Of a stretch of DNA of 64,000 nucleotides, positions 35,968 through 48,537 are shown in pieces. The notes below the pieces were generated by a model. It did no database searches. It saw only the letters and a program-made list of their open reading frames with translations, and was not told the origin of the DNA. The position numbers were made by a program, and so were the translations under genes. Positions within the stretch are counted from its first letter, which is position 1, and the number at the start of each line of letters is the position of its first letter. Origin of the DNA: a virus (taxonomy: Duplodnaviria; Caudoviricetes); IMG/VR virus record IMGVR_UViG_3300006169_000009, positions 32,001 through 96,000 of that record, one strand, 5' to 3'.

Positions 35968-38900
35968 TGGGCCAGGACTTCCTCGGTGATCCGGGCCAGA
36001 CGGTAGGCTCCGTTGCGGCCCACCTTGCGCTCACGGGCGTTGGCCTTGACCACCCAGGTCTTCTCGAACTCCACGTCGGAGGGAGAGACCGTCTCCACGT
36101 CGGTCCATGGGTCGGTGAGCCTTTCCCGGAACTGCAGCATGACGGGGGCTTGCACCGTCGGGATCTCGTTGTCTGGACCACCCAACGTCAGCGTGGCTCC
36201 CGCAGGCAGCGAGATCTCGCTGTGGGTGACGGTGACGTTCGACCAGGCATGTAGGCGGCCTCGTGTCGTACCTGGAGCGCGGCCCTTGTGCAGACCTTCA
36301 TGCCCCCACTGCAGGCAGCACTTGATCTCGGGCTCTTCGGGCTTGGTGGAGGGGCAGGGGTCGGGCAGCATCAGATCTCCTCGCGAAGTCGGGTCTTAAT
36401 GTCCTCGCGAAGCGCCTCGGCATGCTTGTCGGCGGAGACGTCGAGGATCTCGGAGAGGTTGTAGTTGCGCTGGGTGGTCTTGTCCACGATCAGCAGAGCC
36501 TCCTTGAAGGCCTCCCGGCGTACCCAGTCTACGTAGGCGTCCAGTTCGGCCAGGAAGCCGACCACAGTGGTTCCGGTCTTGGCCGTACCGTCACGTCCGT
36601 GTGGACGGTGTTCAAGCAGGCCCTGGGGCTTGTTCCACATGCCGGTGACCAGCAGAGGTGCGACGTGGTGGTGTGGGTGGGTCATACAGATAGGTTCCCC
36701 TTTCGGAGACTATCTGTCAAGACCCCTACCAGGAATGATGGCGGTGTCTGTGCCCGTGCGGGATCCGGTGCCACCAGCGGCGATAGAAGAAGTAGCCCGC
36801 CACTACGGCAAGCGGCAGCAGAAGCAGGGCAGCAATCAAGATGTCCACGTTCGGACTCCCTGTCAGCCCCCAAGACACTGAGCGACCGGGCAGTCAGCCC
36901 AGATCGCGATGAGACTGAGGATCGACAGCATGGCTCCGCCGATGCCGACTACGGTCCCGAAGACATACCACCAGCCGGACTTGTCCTTGTCGAAGTGCTT
37001 GCTCATGAGCCATCCCGCGACCATGGTGTTGGCAACGAGGTATGCGACCAGCAGAACGCTCGCGAAGATGTTCATCCCCACGCTGTCGAAGAATGCGCTC
37101 CAGTCCACACATCCAGCCTACTCCCAGTGGCGGGACAGGAAGTAGCCAGCGACCAGGCAGCAGATAGCGGCTCCGCCGAGGACGAGGAAGGCTACCCACC
37201 CCATCAATCCGGGTCCTGGTCGTCGTAGTCGTCCAGCGTTTCGATGTCGGTGGGGTCGACCCGAGGGACGTAGATCTTGCGGACCTCGACCTCGGGCACC
37301 GGCTCCTCATCACTGAAGGTGATGGTGTGCTGTACGCCGCGTGCCCAGCGTGTGGTGATCTGCCAGCCCTGGACGGTCATACCACTCGCTCGCTGTGCGT
37401 GCGCTCGACCAGCCGCAGGTTGCTGGGGAGGTGGATCGGGTCGTAGGCGACCTGATCCTGGTAGAACCGCTGGGCTCGTGCAAGGTTGAAGCGACGAGGC
37501 ACCGCGACGTAGTCGTACCACTCGCTATCCCCGGGATTCCGATTCTGGATCATGTAGGTGGTCCAGCCTTCGCGGGTGTGCGAGGGGACGGTGCAGATTC
37601 CCTCGGAAGTAAATTTCACGTCCCCGGACTGGACTGATCCCACGACCGGCTTGCGGACCATTCCGTTGACTACCTCTTCCAGGTAGGCTAGGCGGTCTCG
37701 CAGATCCTGCTCTCGCTGCTCCAGGCTGATGATCCGGTTGTGATACCGCTCATGTGCCTGACGGTCGTAGGCGATCATGTTGCGAGCCTTCTGGTCAATT
37801 GCCATAGTGCTGTCTCCTCAGTTCGTTGGCGACCTCGTAGAGCGCGTCCCCGCGCTCGTGGCGGTTGTAGGCGTGCTCGCGGGTGGCCTGGGCAACCAGC
37901 GCCTCGCGCACGATCCGGTAGCGCTCCTCGCTCAGCAGCAGGGTATACCGGTCCGGCATCGAGGAGTAGGTGTCTCGCAGACTTCGGAAGAACGACCTCA
38001 CGAAATACCCTCTTCACGCATGCGCTCATCCTTGGCCGCACCTCGAAGCACATCGCAGATGACAGCCTCGGCGCGAGCAATCGCGGCTTGCTGAGCCTCT
38101 CGACACTCACGAGCCGTTCCTATCGACACATCCATGAGGTCGACACCGCGAGCACGAGCCTCATCGCCGTAGAAGCGCGTGATCAGCCCGTCGTTGAATC
38201 GGAACAGGTATCGCTCATCCGAGCGATAGTAGGGCACAAGATCGATGATCTCCGGGTGCTCACGCAGGTAGCGGCGTACCGCTTGGTAAGCAGGACACTC
38301 CACGAACGCACTCAGTCCCCGCTCCCACGGATCGTCCTCGGCGTTCTGAATGTCGCAGTATCCAAGATTCATCGCAGCCAGGATTCCGCCTTCGAGACAC
38401 ACCTTGCCGGACTTGGTCTCCCACGATCCCTGGGTCAGGTTGCCCTCTATCTTGTCGGCTGAGGCCTCCAGAACCTGAGAGGTAGGGATGTCGCCGGGGT
38501 GGAACTTGGCGCGGAGTTCGTCGTCGTAGTTCATCGAGAAACCTTTCGGTAGGGGATGACGACGGCCACGTGGCCGATGTCGAAGATCAGCGCCTGCATC
38601 GGTTGCTGGGTGAACGGGCCGTAGAAGATGTGCGAGCGCTTCTCCACACCCCAGAACGAGGTGTGCGACCACCACTCAACGACTGGCAGCCGACGGCGTA
38701 CGGATCGCAGGAAGACCGAGACGGGGTGGAACGAGGGAGTCATCGTGCTCTCTCCCGAAACAGGATGCCCTCGTTCTGCATCTCGCTGACCGCGTCCTGT
38801 CTCGCCTCAGGATCTATGCCAGCGCGCTCCAGCGCTCGATAGACCTTGGTCAGGGTCTGCTCGTCGTAGTATGTCGACTCGATCATGCAGGCTCCTTTGT

Positions 38901-39203
38901 GCGGGGGTCGATGATGCCGAAGGCGCTCACCAGCCGGTCGATGGTCCAGGAGGCGGTGGCGTGGCCAGGCGAGTTCGGGTACTCGACCAGATCCTGGGCC
39001 AGCAGGGTGGCGATGTCGGCGGCAGCACGCTGGTGGCGGGCCTCGTCCATCTTCAGACGGCGACCGAGGTTGTTGGCCAGTCCGAACAGCGCGGCCTCGA
39101 TGGTCTCTCCGTAGCCGGTGACACCGTTCTTGGAGGCCTCGAACTCGGAGCGCTCGTAGATCCCGGTTCCTCGGCGGTGGTGGGTGATGGTGGTATCGGT
39201 CAT
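35964..39203 (-). other. Run of small hypothetical early CDSs (35964..36371, 36371..36685, 36863..37108 membrane, 37204..37380, 37377..37805, 37795..38001, 37998..38534, 38531..38743, 38740..38887, 38883..39203)
   Basis: Coupled co-oriented ORFs. Confidence 0.6.
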
Positions 39204-39290
39204 GGGTCCACAGTAGAGCAGCCCTCGGCGCAGCGCAAGAGGTTCTTCCACGCTCTTGACAGAAAGCCAAATGCGGGCCATCGTAGAGCC
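39204..39290. promoter_or_regulatory. Divergent pair of leaderless promoters
   Basis: Minus: TTGCGC-N17-TACTGT-6nt-ATG(39203). Plus: TTGACA(39256)-N17-CATCGT-6nt-ATG(39291). Confidence 0.65.
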
Positions 39291-41052
39291 ATGACTGACG
39301 ACCGCCACGGGACGACCGTGGACCCGCGCTGGGTGGAGAAGGGTGCACAGGCGCTACTGGCGGACGCTGGTTGGAAGTCTGCCCACGACGCTGCCCGCGC
39401 TGTCCTCGCTGCCGTGCTACCCGACGTGCGCCCGGTGGTGGACCGCGAGACGCTGGTACGCGCCATGCCATGCCATCCCGACTGTGGCTCTCATCTCCGT
39501 GATCCTCTGGACGTTCGCTACCACAAGCACTCCTGCGATACCTGGCGCAGACGTGGCGCGGACGCTCTCATCGCCTCCGGCATCTGGCAGGACGCCGCCG
39601 ACGTGCGCCGCCAGATGGCCGAGGCGCTGGCGGACGCGACGGAGTGGACGGTGCTCGGACACCCGGGTTGGCCAGGATGCGCTCCCACCTGGCGGCACCG
39701 AGAGCACGCCGAGGAATTCCTGGCGCGATACCCACATCCCGAGGCCCAACTCGCCTGGCGCTACCGGAGCGAGTTTACCCGCATCGCCCGCGAGACCGGC
39801 GAAACCAATACCCAAGGCCAAACCCAAAACCCGGGAGGTACCCCCTGATGCTGAAGATCCCCTACAACCCCTACCCCGAGCCCTCCAACGAGGGCGTCCC
39901 CGATACCGCCTACAAGACTTTCGAGGCCGCGATCCGCATCGCTCGTCGCCGGGCGTACTACAAGAACAGGCGCGTCCAGGTCTCCAAGCGAGACGTCGGT
40001 CGGGGCCGCAACTGGATCGTCCAGGTGATCCGATGAAGATCGGGCGGCGCACCTGGCTGCGCTTCCGTCGTGACCAGACCGACTCGACCCGCTCCTGGCA
40101 CATCAGCCTGGTCCACAACACCGTCAACGAGCCAGCGACGTACCGCGTCCATGACTTCGTGCTGGGGGCTCGCATCGTGGAGCCTCAGATCCCCGACCGC
40201 TGGCATCGAGTGCATGCGCGCTGTCAGCGCTGCGGAGAGCGCCGCCTGGTCTACCATGCCGTGTTCATGGACGACCTGAACATCGGCCCCTGCATCCCCG
40301 ACCGAAAGAAGGAAATCCGGTGAGCATCTTCAAGCGCAAGACCTCCGACTGGCAGCAGGCCCGGCGGGCTCAGCATCGGCCCGCGCCGGTAGAGGTACAC
40401 GGCCTGCAGCCCATCTACATCCGCAACCACTCCGACGGGATCGTACGACTGGAGTGCGAGGTCACCCCTTCTGTGATCATCCCCGAAGTCGGCGCGGTGT
40501 TCACCGCCCGAATCGCCCGCGTCATCCGCGAGGTCACCGATGAGTGAGCACCGCCGCCCCGTGCCCCTGGTACGCCTGTACGGCACCGTGTGGTGCATCA
40601 CGTGCCAGCACCCCCACATTCCCGATATTCCGGCGGTCACCTTCCGCTGTGCCTCCGAGTGCGGGTTCGGCTCCTGGTCTGTCGACCTGGCCGGTATCCA
40701 CGCCGACATGTACCCCGACCATCTCGTCTACCCGATAATCCATACCGTGGTCGCTGAGCAGGAGCAGGGAGGCATCTACTGATGGACCTGGAGAACAACG
40801 GCAACGTGTACGTGTGCGAGGAGAAGCACTTCACCTTGGCATACCGAAATCCAGGTCAGTGCCCTGTGTGCTTCTGCCCGACGTGGTTCTGGCGTAAGGC
40901 AGCATCCTGATGGACAAGGTGCTCATGTTCTGGCTGGTCGTCTACGCGCTGCTCTGGCTCTACCTGGCCGCTAAACCCTAATGGATATCGTCGTGTTCGG
41001 TGTCGTAGTCGTGGTGGCGGGCGTCGTGGGGCTCATCGCTACGTGGCGCTGA
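39291..41052 (+). other. Plus-strand operon of small hypothetical CDSs (39291..39848, 39848..40036, 40033..40323, 40320..40547, 40540..40782, 40782..40910 and two tiny membrane peptides to 41052)
   Basis: Consecutive stop/start overlaps (TGATG, ATGA, TAATG). Confidence 0.65.
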
Positions 41053-43871
41053 CACTGGTGAGTGTCGAGTCAGTCAGACACTGGGGCACTGCCTAATCGA
41101 TATGCCCCCCCAAATTCCGGGCACTGCCTTATGGGGGCATCAAAAACATATCCGAGGGACCAGGCCACCCCCTTCGGCCCCAGGAAAAGATTTAACGGTG
41201 GGGGGTCTTGACAGCCTACATGTCAACCCCTGTGTCACCAGGTGGACAGACGCCCTGCTCGCCCCGAGTTTGGCCGCCATATGGATTTGGGGTTGACAAG
41301 GAGGGGCCTAGTTGCTCCATATGCGGGAAGTAGGGGGCTGGCTGACAGGAGGCACTGTGGAGTGGGGGCGCTGGGAGAGCGTGGTTGAGTGGCCTGGACA
41401 CGGGTGGGGTGTTGGGGATATGCAGTTACTCATGGCCGCTGCTCCGCAGCAATATCGTATTGCTCATCAGGCTCAGCACACACAGTCGGGCAGTCAGTCT
41501 GAGAGTGACCGGTGCCACGCAGATGCACACCTGCCTGCTCGCATAGTGTCTGGTCGGTGTCTCTCATTGGGTACTCTCGCCTTCCCCCAAATTGCGTCCC
41601 AGGCTGTCATCGAGCGGGGCTGCCATGGAGAGCGAGAAGTCGTGCGCCCAGTCTTGGGTGTAGTTGCACAGCCCGCTTCCACAGAACCAGCCCGCACGAG
41701 TAGGCACCAGCAGGGCCTCACCGATATGCTGCGGCTCCGGGCATGTGTATGGGTGGAACTGGTCCTCGTTCTGCCAGCGCAACAGGCTCTCGACCTGCTC
41801 ACGTGTCCACGGTGCCTTGACCTTCATGGTGTACTCTCGCCTTCCCCGGTTTCGGTTTCGGTCCAGCGCTTGCGTGTGCAGGGGACATGGTCACGCTCAC
41901 AGTCAGGCGGGCACGGCGGTGGCCCTTCACGCAGCAGGTACTCCACAGCGCTGTCCGGGTACATGTCCCATGAGCCTGTCATGTCTTCTTCACCTTCTGC
42001 TCTCCCACGATCTTGTGTGCGGCTGCCCAGTGGGCTCGCTCAACGCGCAAAGCGTAATAGCGCTCCTGGCAGTCGCATGGAAATGTGCCCGGACACCAGC
42101 CCAACTTGTGGGTGACCAGCAGATGCTCGACACGTACCCACAGCGGTCCTGGTGGGGCTGTGTTGATGATCTCTTCCAGGCGTAGCCGGTAGTCAACATC
42201 AGAGGTGTTGGTTATGGACACGGTCATGATGGATGCTCTCGCCTTCCCCGGTTTCGGTTTGCGGGCTCTCAGGTAGCAGCGTGCGCTGGTATGCATCCCA
42301 GACGAGGATGGTCATGCTCTTGCCGCCTCTCTTAGCCCGGCTCATGGTGGTAGGAGCGCCAGGCCGGTATTGCCATCTGCGCAGCACCTCAGCCTGCCAG
42401 GGGAGCAGATCGATGCCTAGATGGTCTCGTGCCCATTCCACGATGTCGGGCGTGGTGGTCACAGGATGCCTCCGGCGAAGATGACCACCAGCGCACCGAG
42501 GAGACAGAACAGGATGGTCGCACCGCTGGTGATCATGGTGGCCTCGAACGATGTCCTGCGCCGGTATGCGTGTGGGCCTGCCAGTAGCCTTCGGCTCGTC
42601 TCGTCCCCGAACTTGGAGATGCTGTCGAGCAGCAGACGGCACATCTCGCAATATCCGTTTGCGGCCAGAGTGAGACCATGGGCTGCCAGCCCGTCAGCGT
42701 CCAGGTAGCATCCGACGCATGAGGTGTGTGTAGGCGTGGCCGATCCCCACGCTTGGGTCACGATGTCGGTCAGGATGCTCTCACTCTCCTGGATCTGCCG
42801 CACGTACCCGCCCATGGAGTAGGTGTGACCGCTCATGATCATCGCTGCCACCTCCAGGGAGCGAACTGCTCGGCCCAGTACTGGCGCTCCTTGTTGAGCA
42901 GCGCGTCGTGGTACTCCTGGCTCATGATCACGGTGGTGCCGCCACCATGCGCAGGGTCGGTGGAGAGGTATGCGTGTGTGGGCACACCAGGCTCAGGGCC
43001 TACCTCCTGGCCCAGCCATTCGAGCACGTCAGCCAGCCCATGGCGCACGATGCGACGTGCGTCCGTACCAGGGCTCGGGTAGATGGGGAGCATAGGCGAG
43101 ATGACCACGGGGATGGCCGCTGGCTCATACACGCTGAGGCGGCCTGTGATCGTGCCTTGGATGTGTGGTGGTGTATGGATCATGGTCGTGGGTAATCCTG
43201 TCTGACCTTGGAGGCGGCATCCAGCATCTGGCCGGATCTGTGGTTCTCACTCACGATGCGGCGAGCCTCAGCCTGCTTGTGGATCAGGCCACGGTGGAAC
43301 GCTTGGTTGCGGGGCTCCTCGAACCATGGACCGGTGTCGGGTGCGTTGGTGAGGCGGTCACGTGCCTGTGCCAGTGCTGCCTTGCCTGCTCCCTGTGGCC
43401 CCTTGTGCTGCCCGCTTCCTACGCCAGCCTCCTGGCGCATCTCCTCACGGGTCAGTGGGCTCTGGTACCTGCTCATGCTCTGCTCCTACTCGCATTACTC
43501 GTGTTGCCGGGTAGTTCGTAGTTGGTGGGGTTGGGCTCGTGCGGTCCCTTGACGTCCCCGAACTGGGACCTGTTCACAGGCGGGTCGGTGTGCTCACGGT
43601 CATGGTCGATGGTCTGGTCAGCGGTGAGCCAGCGTGTGGTCCCACACCCAGGGCGAGCACACTGGAAGCGTGCCTTGCCGTACCCCTGGCGAGGCTCCAT
43701 CTTGCGGTAGTCGCTCACTTCTGTGTCTCCCCATAGTTCGGGTTCGGGTCAGGCTGCATCTTGGCGTGGTAGGTGTTGTTGCACCTCGGGTCATAGACCC
43801 TGATCACGCGCACCAGCCTGCCGTCCTCGCCCTCGGCGGTGCTGTAGATGCAGGTACAGGTGGCCATGGCC

Positions 43872-44264
43872 CTAGTCTCTCACGCGTGCGTTGACTCTGT
43901 CGATAACGACCTGGGCACGCCGAGACGGCTGAGAGGTCATGAACCCCTTGCCCTTGCCGTGCCAGTGTGGCACCGGGTTGCGGAACTGGGCCTCTGTGGG
44001 GTCCAGGAATGTCCCGTCGGGGCCTCGCAGGTACCAATGGCTCTCACCCTCATGCTGGATATGCATGGGCGTCCAGCCTGCGTCAGCGCCTCCCAGGAGG
44101 TGGTACAGCGCCTCGCTCGCCACGTAGCAGTGACCGGTCAGCGGGTGCGCTCCTGCGGCCTGCCTCTCCTGGTACAGGGTGCGCAGCAGGTCCAGGCTCA
44201 GCGCCTCCTGCACCACGCGCACCAGGCTGTCGAGCAGCATCTGCCTTCCTGCTTCGGTCAACAT
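43872..44264 (-). CDS. YunG-like / papain-fold protein
   Basis: GHCYVASEALYHLLGG...SHWYL....LDPTEAQF (C-H-D triad). Confidence 0.55.
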   Translation of the reverse strand: MLTEAGRQMLLDSLVRVVQEALSLDLLRTLYQERQAAGAHPLTGHCYVASEALYHLLGGADAGWTPMHIQHEGESHWYLRGPDGTFLDPTEAQFRNPVPHWHGKGKGFMTSQPSRRAQVVIDRVNARVRD

Positions 44265-45092
44265 CAGGAGTACGCTCCTGACGCTTCGATGAGCCACATG
44301 ATCGGCGTACCCAGCGTCAGGGCCATCGCAGGGAACATCACCAGCATGGCGGGGACGAACTGGTGCGCCATCGCCAGCAGCCAGAAGATCCCCCACACGA
44401 TGCAGAGCACCACGAGGTAGCCGGTCATGACACAGCCAGCCTGACTGCACCGACCACGGTGGCGATTATCATCCACAGGACGAACGAGAAGGCGATCCCA
44501 TAGAACCAGGCGCGGGGGCTCATGATGCGTCCTTACGTGCCACGACCTTGCCGTCCCGGATGCAGACATCCCCCTCGACCTGCCCATGCAGGTAGTTGCA
44601 GACGCCATCGAACTGGTCGTCACGAGTGCGCTGGTCGTGGGCGGCGAAGACCAGCATCGCTACCAGCGCCAGGAACAGACCCAGCACCATCCAGCCGATG
44701 ACCTTGCCCCAGGTGCCTCGATCCACCTTGACGCTGCTCATGACCACACCGCCACACCGGTCTGCCACGGAGCCTTGTGGCCTGCCAGCACGTGGTCACC
44801 CGTGCGCAGCAGGACCATGCGCCTGGTGGGCGAGGCCGACGGGTGCCTGGCCATGTCACCCAGGTAGAAGGCGGTCTCAGCCTTCATCTGCTCGTAGATG
44901 GTCTCGGTCATCCCAGGTCTCCGTTCTTGATCATCTGCTCTGCGTCGGCCATGCAGATCCGCACGCTCTGCGGGAACTGCCTCTTGATCTTCTCCCAGCG
45001 CTCGTCGGTCATCTCACGTGGAGACTGCGAGCGCTGCTGGTAGATCTCTCGTGCGACCGCCTCGACGGTCAGGTCGCTGCCCTGAATCTCCA

Positions 45093-45500
45093 TCAGACAC
45101 CGGTCCCGCTGCTGTTGATCCAGTCGTTCAGGGCGGGCTTGTGCTCGGGGCAGAAGCCCAGCACGCTCATGGCGATGATGGTGCCAGCCGCACGAGGACT
45201 CACACCGGCTTTCATAGCGATGCCGAAGATCTCGTCCACCGTGTACTGGCTGCTGCTGACGTCGAGCATGTCGCAGTTGGACTCGGCCAGGCTGCGCAGG
45301 TCGGACTCGGGCACCGCTGCCAGGCTCGGAGCCTGCTGGTAAGCGAGATCGATGGCTGCCTGCTCACGGTCGAATGTGGGCTGGGGCTCGGGGTCGGAGT
45401 AGAACTCACGAGGTGCCGGAGCACCCGGCTCGCTGTCGCTGGAGCAGCCTCCGACGACCAGGGCCAGCCCTACGGCCAGTGTTGCGATGATGCTCTTCAC
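45093..45500 (-). CDS. Lipoprotein (DUF732-like)
   Basis: Signal peptide with lipobox VGGC; NCDML...GFCP. Confidence 0.65.
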   Translation of the reverse strand: MKSIIATLAVGLALVVGGCSSDSEPGAPAPREFYSDPEPQPTFDREQAAIDLAYQQAPSLAAVPESDLRSLAESNCDMLDVSSSQYTVDEIFGIAMKAGVSPRAAGTIIAMSVLGFCPEHKPALNDWINSSGTGV

Positions 45501-47093
45501 GGTGGTGGTTCCTTTCAATGGTGGTTGACGTCTCATTGTCTCATGCGCAAGGGCTATCTGTCAGCCCTTACGAGGTGATCCTCTCCAGTGCCTCGACCAG
45601 CAGGCGCACCTCGATGGGCTCGGCCCTGTGTCCCTTGTTGAGCGCGACCCTGACGTTGATCAGGGCCTCGGCCTCACGGTCGCTCAGACGATTCCTGGCG
45701 ATCCCGTACTCCTCGGTGACCCGGTTGCCGACGTACTCGGGCAGGACGTAGATCTTCTGTCCTCCCCGCTTGTCGGCCAGCCGGGAGATCTGGCCATCCT
45801 GGTGGAGCACGCTCAGTTGGCCGCTGGCGACCCCGTGGTGGCAGTCGAACAGCACACTGGTCTCGCTCCAGGTGAGGCCTTCGCTGGTGAGCGCTCTGAG
45901 CGCTTCCAGGATGCCGTCCTGGACGCTCTGCTCGGTGCCGGGTGTCCTACCCCTACGGCGTGCGTCCTCGCCTCCTGTGGCCCTGGTGGCGCTGCGCAGG
46001 GCAGCCTTCACGGCCTTGGCTACAGCCTCCGGGAAGTAGGCCTTGGGTAGGCCGGTGATCGTGGACCAGACGTCGTCTTGTGCCTCTAGCCCGTGGTGGC
46101 TGGCTGCCCATGCCAGGGCGTCCTCCAGGTGCTGGGCACGCAGACCGTTGTCCATGATGACGAAGGTCTTCTGGGCATCCCGCTTGGCCCAGGATGGCTC
46201 GGAGCGGCCACGGACGACCAGCCAGGCCGGATCGACCCCACGGCTGCGCTTGCGGTAGGTGACGTATACCAGCGGGCCGACACCACGACGGCGAGCGAAC
46301 GCCATCACGTCATCTGGGCTGGTGATGCCCAGGTGGGCCTTCAGGCTGTCTGCTGCGTTGGTCACGATGCCTGCGCTCCTGACCCGATCCCCCATGCGCG
46401 GTGCAGGAGGTCGGCGTAGTAGTTGCGGAAGTCGGACTCCCGGACGACCATGTAGATGACGTCCGGGAACGCCTGAGCCTGGTCGGCGGCGATGGCGTCC
46501 TGCACGTCCTTTACCGGCCTGCGTCCCTGCTCGTCGTGGACCTGGGTCAACGCCATGGCCGGGTGAACGTGAGACCGGTGGTAGGCCACGATCCAGCGGT
46601 TGCGCGGGTCGTGCTCGGGGCAGTAGAAGTAGCCTAGGAACTCGTTGGGCTCACCACCGAGGTCATACTGGTGGCAGGGCGTGAACCTGTCATCGCTCTT
46701 GACGCAGCGCCAGCGGATGCTCATGCCTCAACCCCCAGACGCGCCATCTCCTTGTCGTAGGCCGCACGCACCGTGTCCTGGACGTGCTCGGGAACCTCGG
46801 AGAGGCCGAGGCCGACCAGCGTGCGCTCGCTGCGGCCCATGCTGCCGTCCTTCTTGGCCGCGAACGAGTGGCCCTCACCGCGCCAGCGCTCGCCGTTGTG
46901 GGAGAAGGTGAGGCTGTAGATGAACACCGGCCCGGAGACCCGGTCATCGATGAACACCGGCTCATCGAAGTCGATCTCGACGGTGATGCGGTGGTGGGTG
47001 GCTACGCGCACGGTGTGTGCTCCTTCGTGTGGTGGAGGTTCCAGTGTCTCATGGGGAAGGGGCTCGCGTCCACCCCTTCCCTGAAACCGGGGC

Positions 47094-48038
47094 TCAGAAC
47101 TTGCTGGCGCACACCGGCCCGATCCCGGCCTCGATGCTCTCCTCGTTGGTGAGGCGGCGACCGCAGGCCACGCAGGTCCCGTACAAAGCGCCGAATTCCT
47201 TGGCCTGCTCCAGGGTCATCTTGTGCTCGGGGGTCAGGCCGACCTTGCGCACGCCGCCCGCGTACTCCCAGGAGCCGTTGCCCTCCTCGTCCAGCACCAG
47301 CCGCTTGGCGTAGAGGTTGGTCCCGGCCAGGTTGTACTGGACCTTGTAGACCACGTCGTCCTTGCGGTAGATGCCGTCCTCGACCTCGCTCTTGGCGACC
47401 ATCTTTCCGCTGCGGTGCTGGACCATCTCGACCGGCTTCTTGCCGACCCGCTTCAGCGCGTCGATCAAGTCGCTGGTGTCCTTGGCGGTGGGGTGCGCGC
47501 CGTTGCGGACGTGCTCGACCTTGGCCTGGTCCGCCTCGCTCAGCGCGGCCACGTTCTGGCTCTCGACCAGGCTGCGCAGGAAGCCCAGGGCCTTCTCGGA
47601 GGCGAGGCGGGGCTGGTCGGCCTTCTCGTTCTTCGGGAGGAGCAGCAGCCACTCGATCAGGTCGGACGCGTGACGCAGGTTCAGCGTACCCTGGCGGAAG
47701 GCGGCCAGCGCGACCTGCTCGCCACCGGTCGCGGGGATCACGCGGGTGTCGATCAGGTTCTGGATGAAGCGAGCCTGCTTGTCGGAGACGGTGCGCACCC
47801 GGCATACGCCGTACTGGTTGCGGTGGATCTTGCCACCCTCGGGGCGCTTGCGGTTGGGGTCGTGCTCAGCGGCCACGTTCTTGGTGTCCTCGATCACCAC
47901 GCCGCCGAGGTACTTCTCCAGCAGCGCCTGCGCACGCTCCAGGTCGGCCTGCGCGCCCGGCTCGCCGTTCTCGACAGCGGCGGCGCACTCCTCGACCGCC
48001 TCGCGGGCGATCTCTACCTGGAAGGTGGTGGCAGTCAT
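47094..48038 (-). CDS. DUF6011 Zn-finger protein
   Basis: C-terminal CVACGRRLTNEESIEAGIGPVCA; repeated ASEKQ/ASDLI helices. Confidence 0.75.
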   Translation of the reverse strand: MTATTFQVEIAREAVEECAAAVENGEPGAQADLERAQALLEKYLGGVVIEDTKNVAAEHDPNRKRPEGGKIHRNQYGVCRVRTVSDKQARFIQNLIDTRVIPATGGEQVALAAFRQGTLNLRHASDLIEWLLLLPKNEKADQPRLASEKALGFLRSLVESQNVAALSEADQAKVEHVRNGAHPTAKDTSDLIDALKRVGKKPVEMVQHRSGKMVAKSEVEDGIYRKDDVVYKVQYNLAGTNLYAKRLVLDEEGNGSWEYAGGVRKVGLTPEHKMTLEQAKEFGALYGTCVACGRRLTNEESIEAGIGPVCASKF

Positions 48039-48537
48039 CTGGGTAGTCCTCTCTGTGGTGTCCCACCATTGTCGCATGAGGAGAGGACAGCGCGCAAGCA
48101 ATCCACCACAGAAACTTACGCGCTGTCCTCCCGGTTCACTGAGCGAGGCGGGCTCGCTCGCGCTCGGCTCCCACCCCCTTCCCGAGACGCTGGTCCAGGA
48201 GAGCGACCTGCTGCTCAGCAGTACGACCCTCACGGGCCTCCTGCCGCTCAGCGGCCTCCTCCCGACGGCGAGCCTTGCGGATGCGGTCACCGGGGTTACG
48301 CACCACGGTCTCTCGCATCTCGCCGTAGGTCTCGACCTGGATCATCAGAACATCCTCCGACCGGCTGGACGTGTGGGGGCTGAACGGCGTCCCCTCCCGT
48401 TGCTGTAGCCGCGTCCTCGCCCTAGCGGCGTGGAGCGTCCGCGACCGTTGGCCATGGTGGTGGCCTCCTCTCTGGTTCCGGCTGAGTGCCGGTGGGAGGA
48501 GCACCTCCAGGCATCGGAGATGCTCCCCCACAGGCCG

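Larger units (their letters stand above)
41564..47011 (-). other. Run of small hypothetical early CDSs, including 42199..42462 (terminase-N-like), 43872..44264, 45093..45500, 45568..46395, 46362..46724 and 46721..47011
   Basis: Coupled co-oriented ORFs; several are membrane or Cys/His-rich. Confidence 0.6.
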
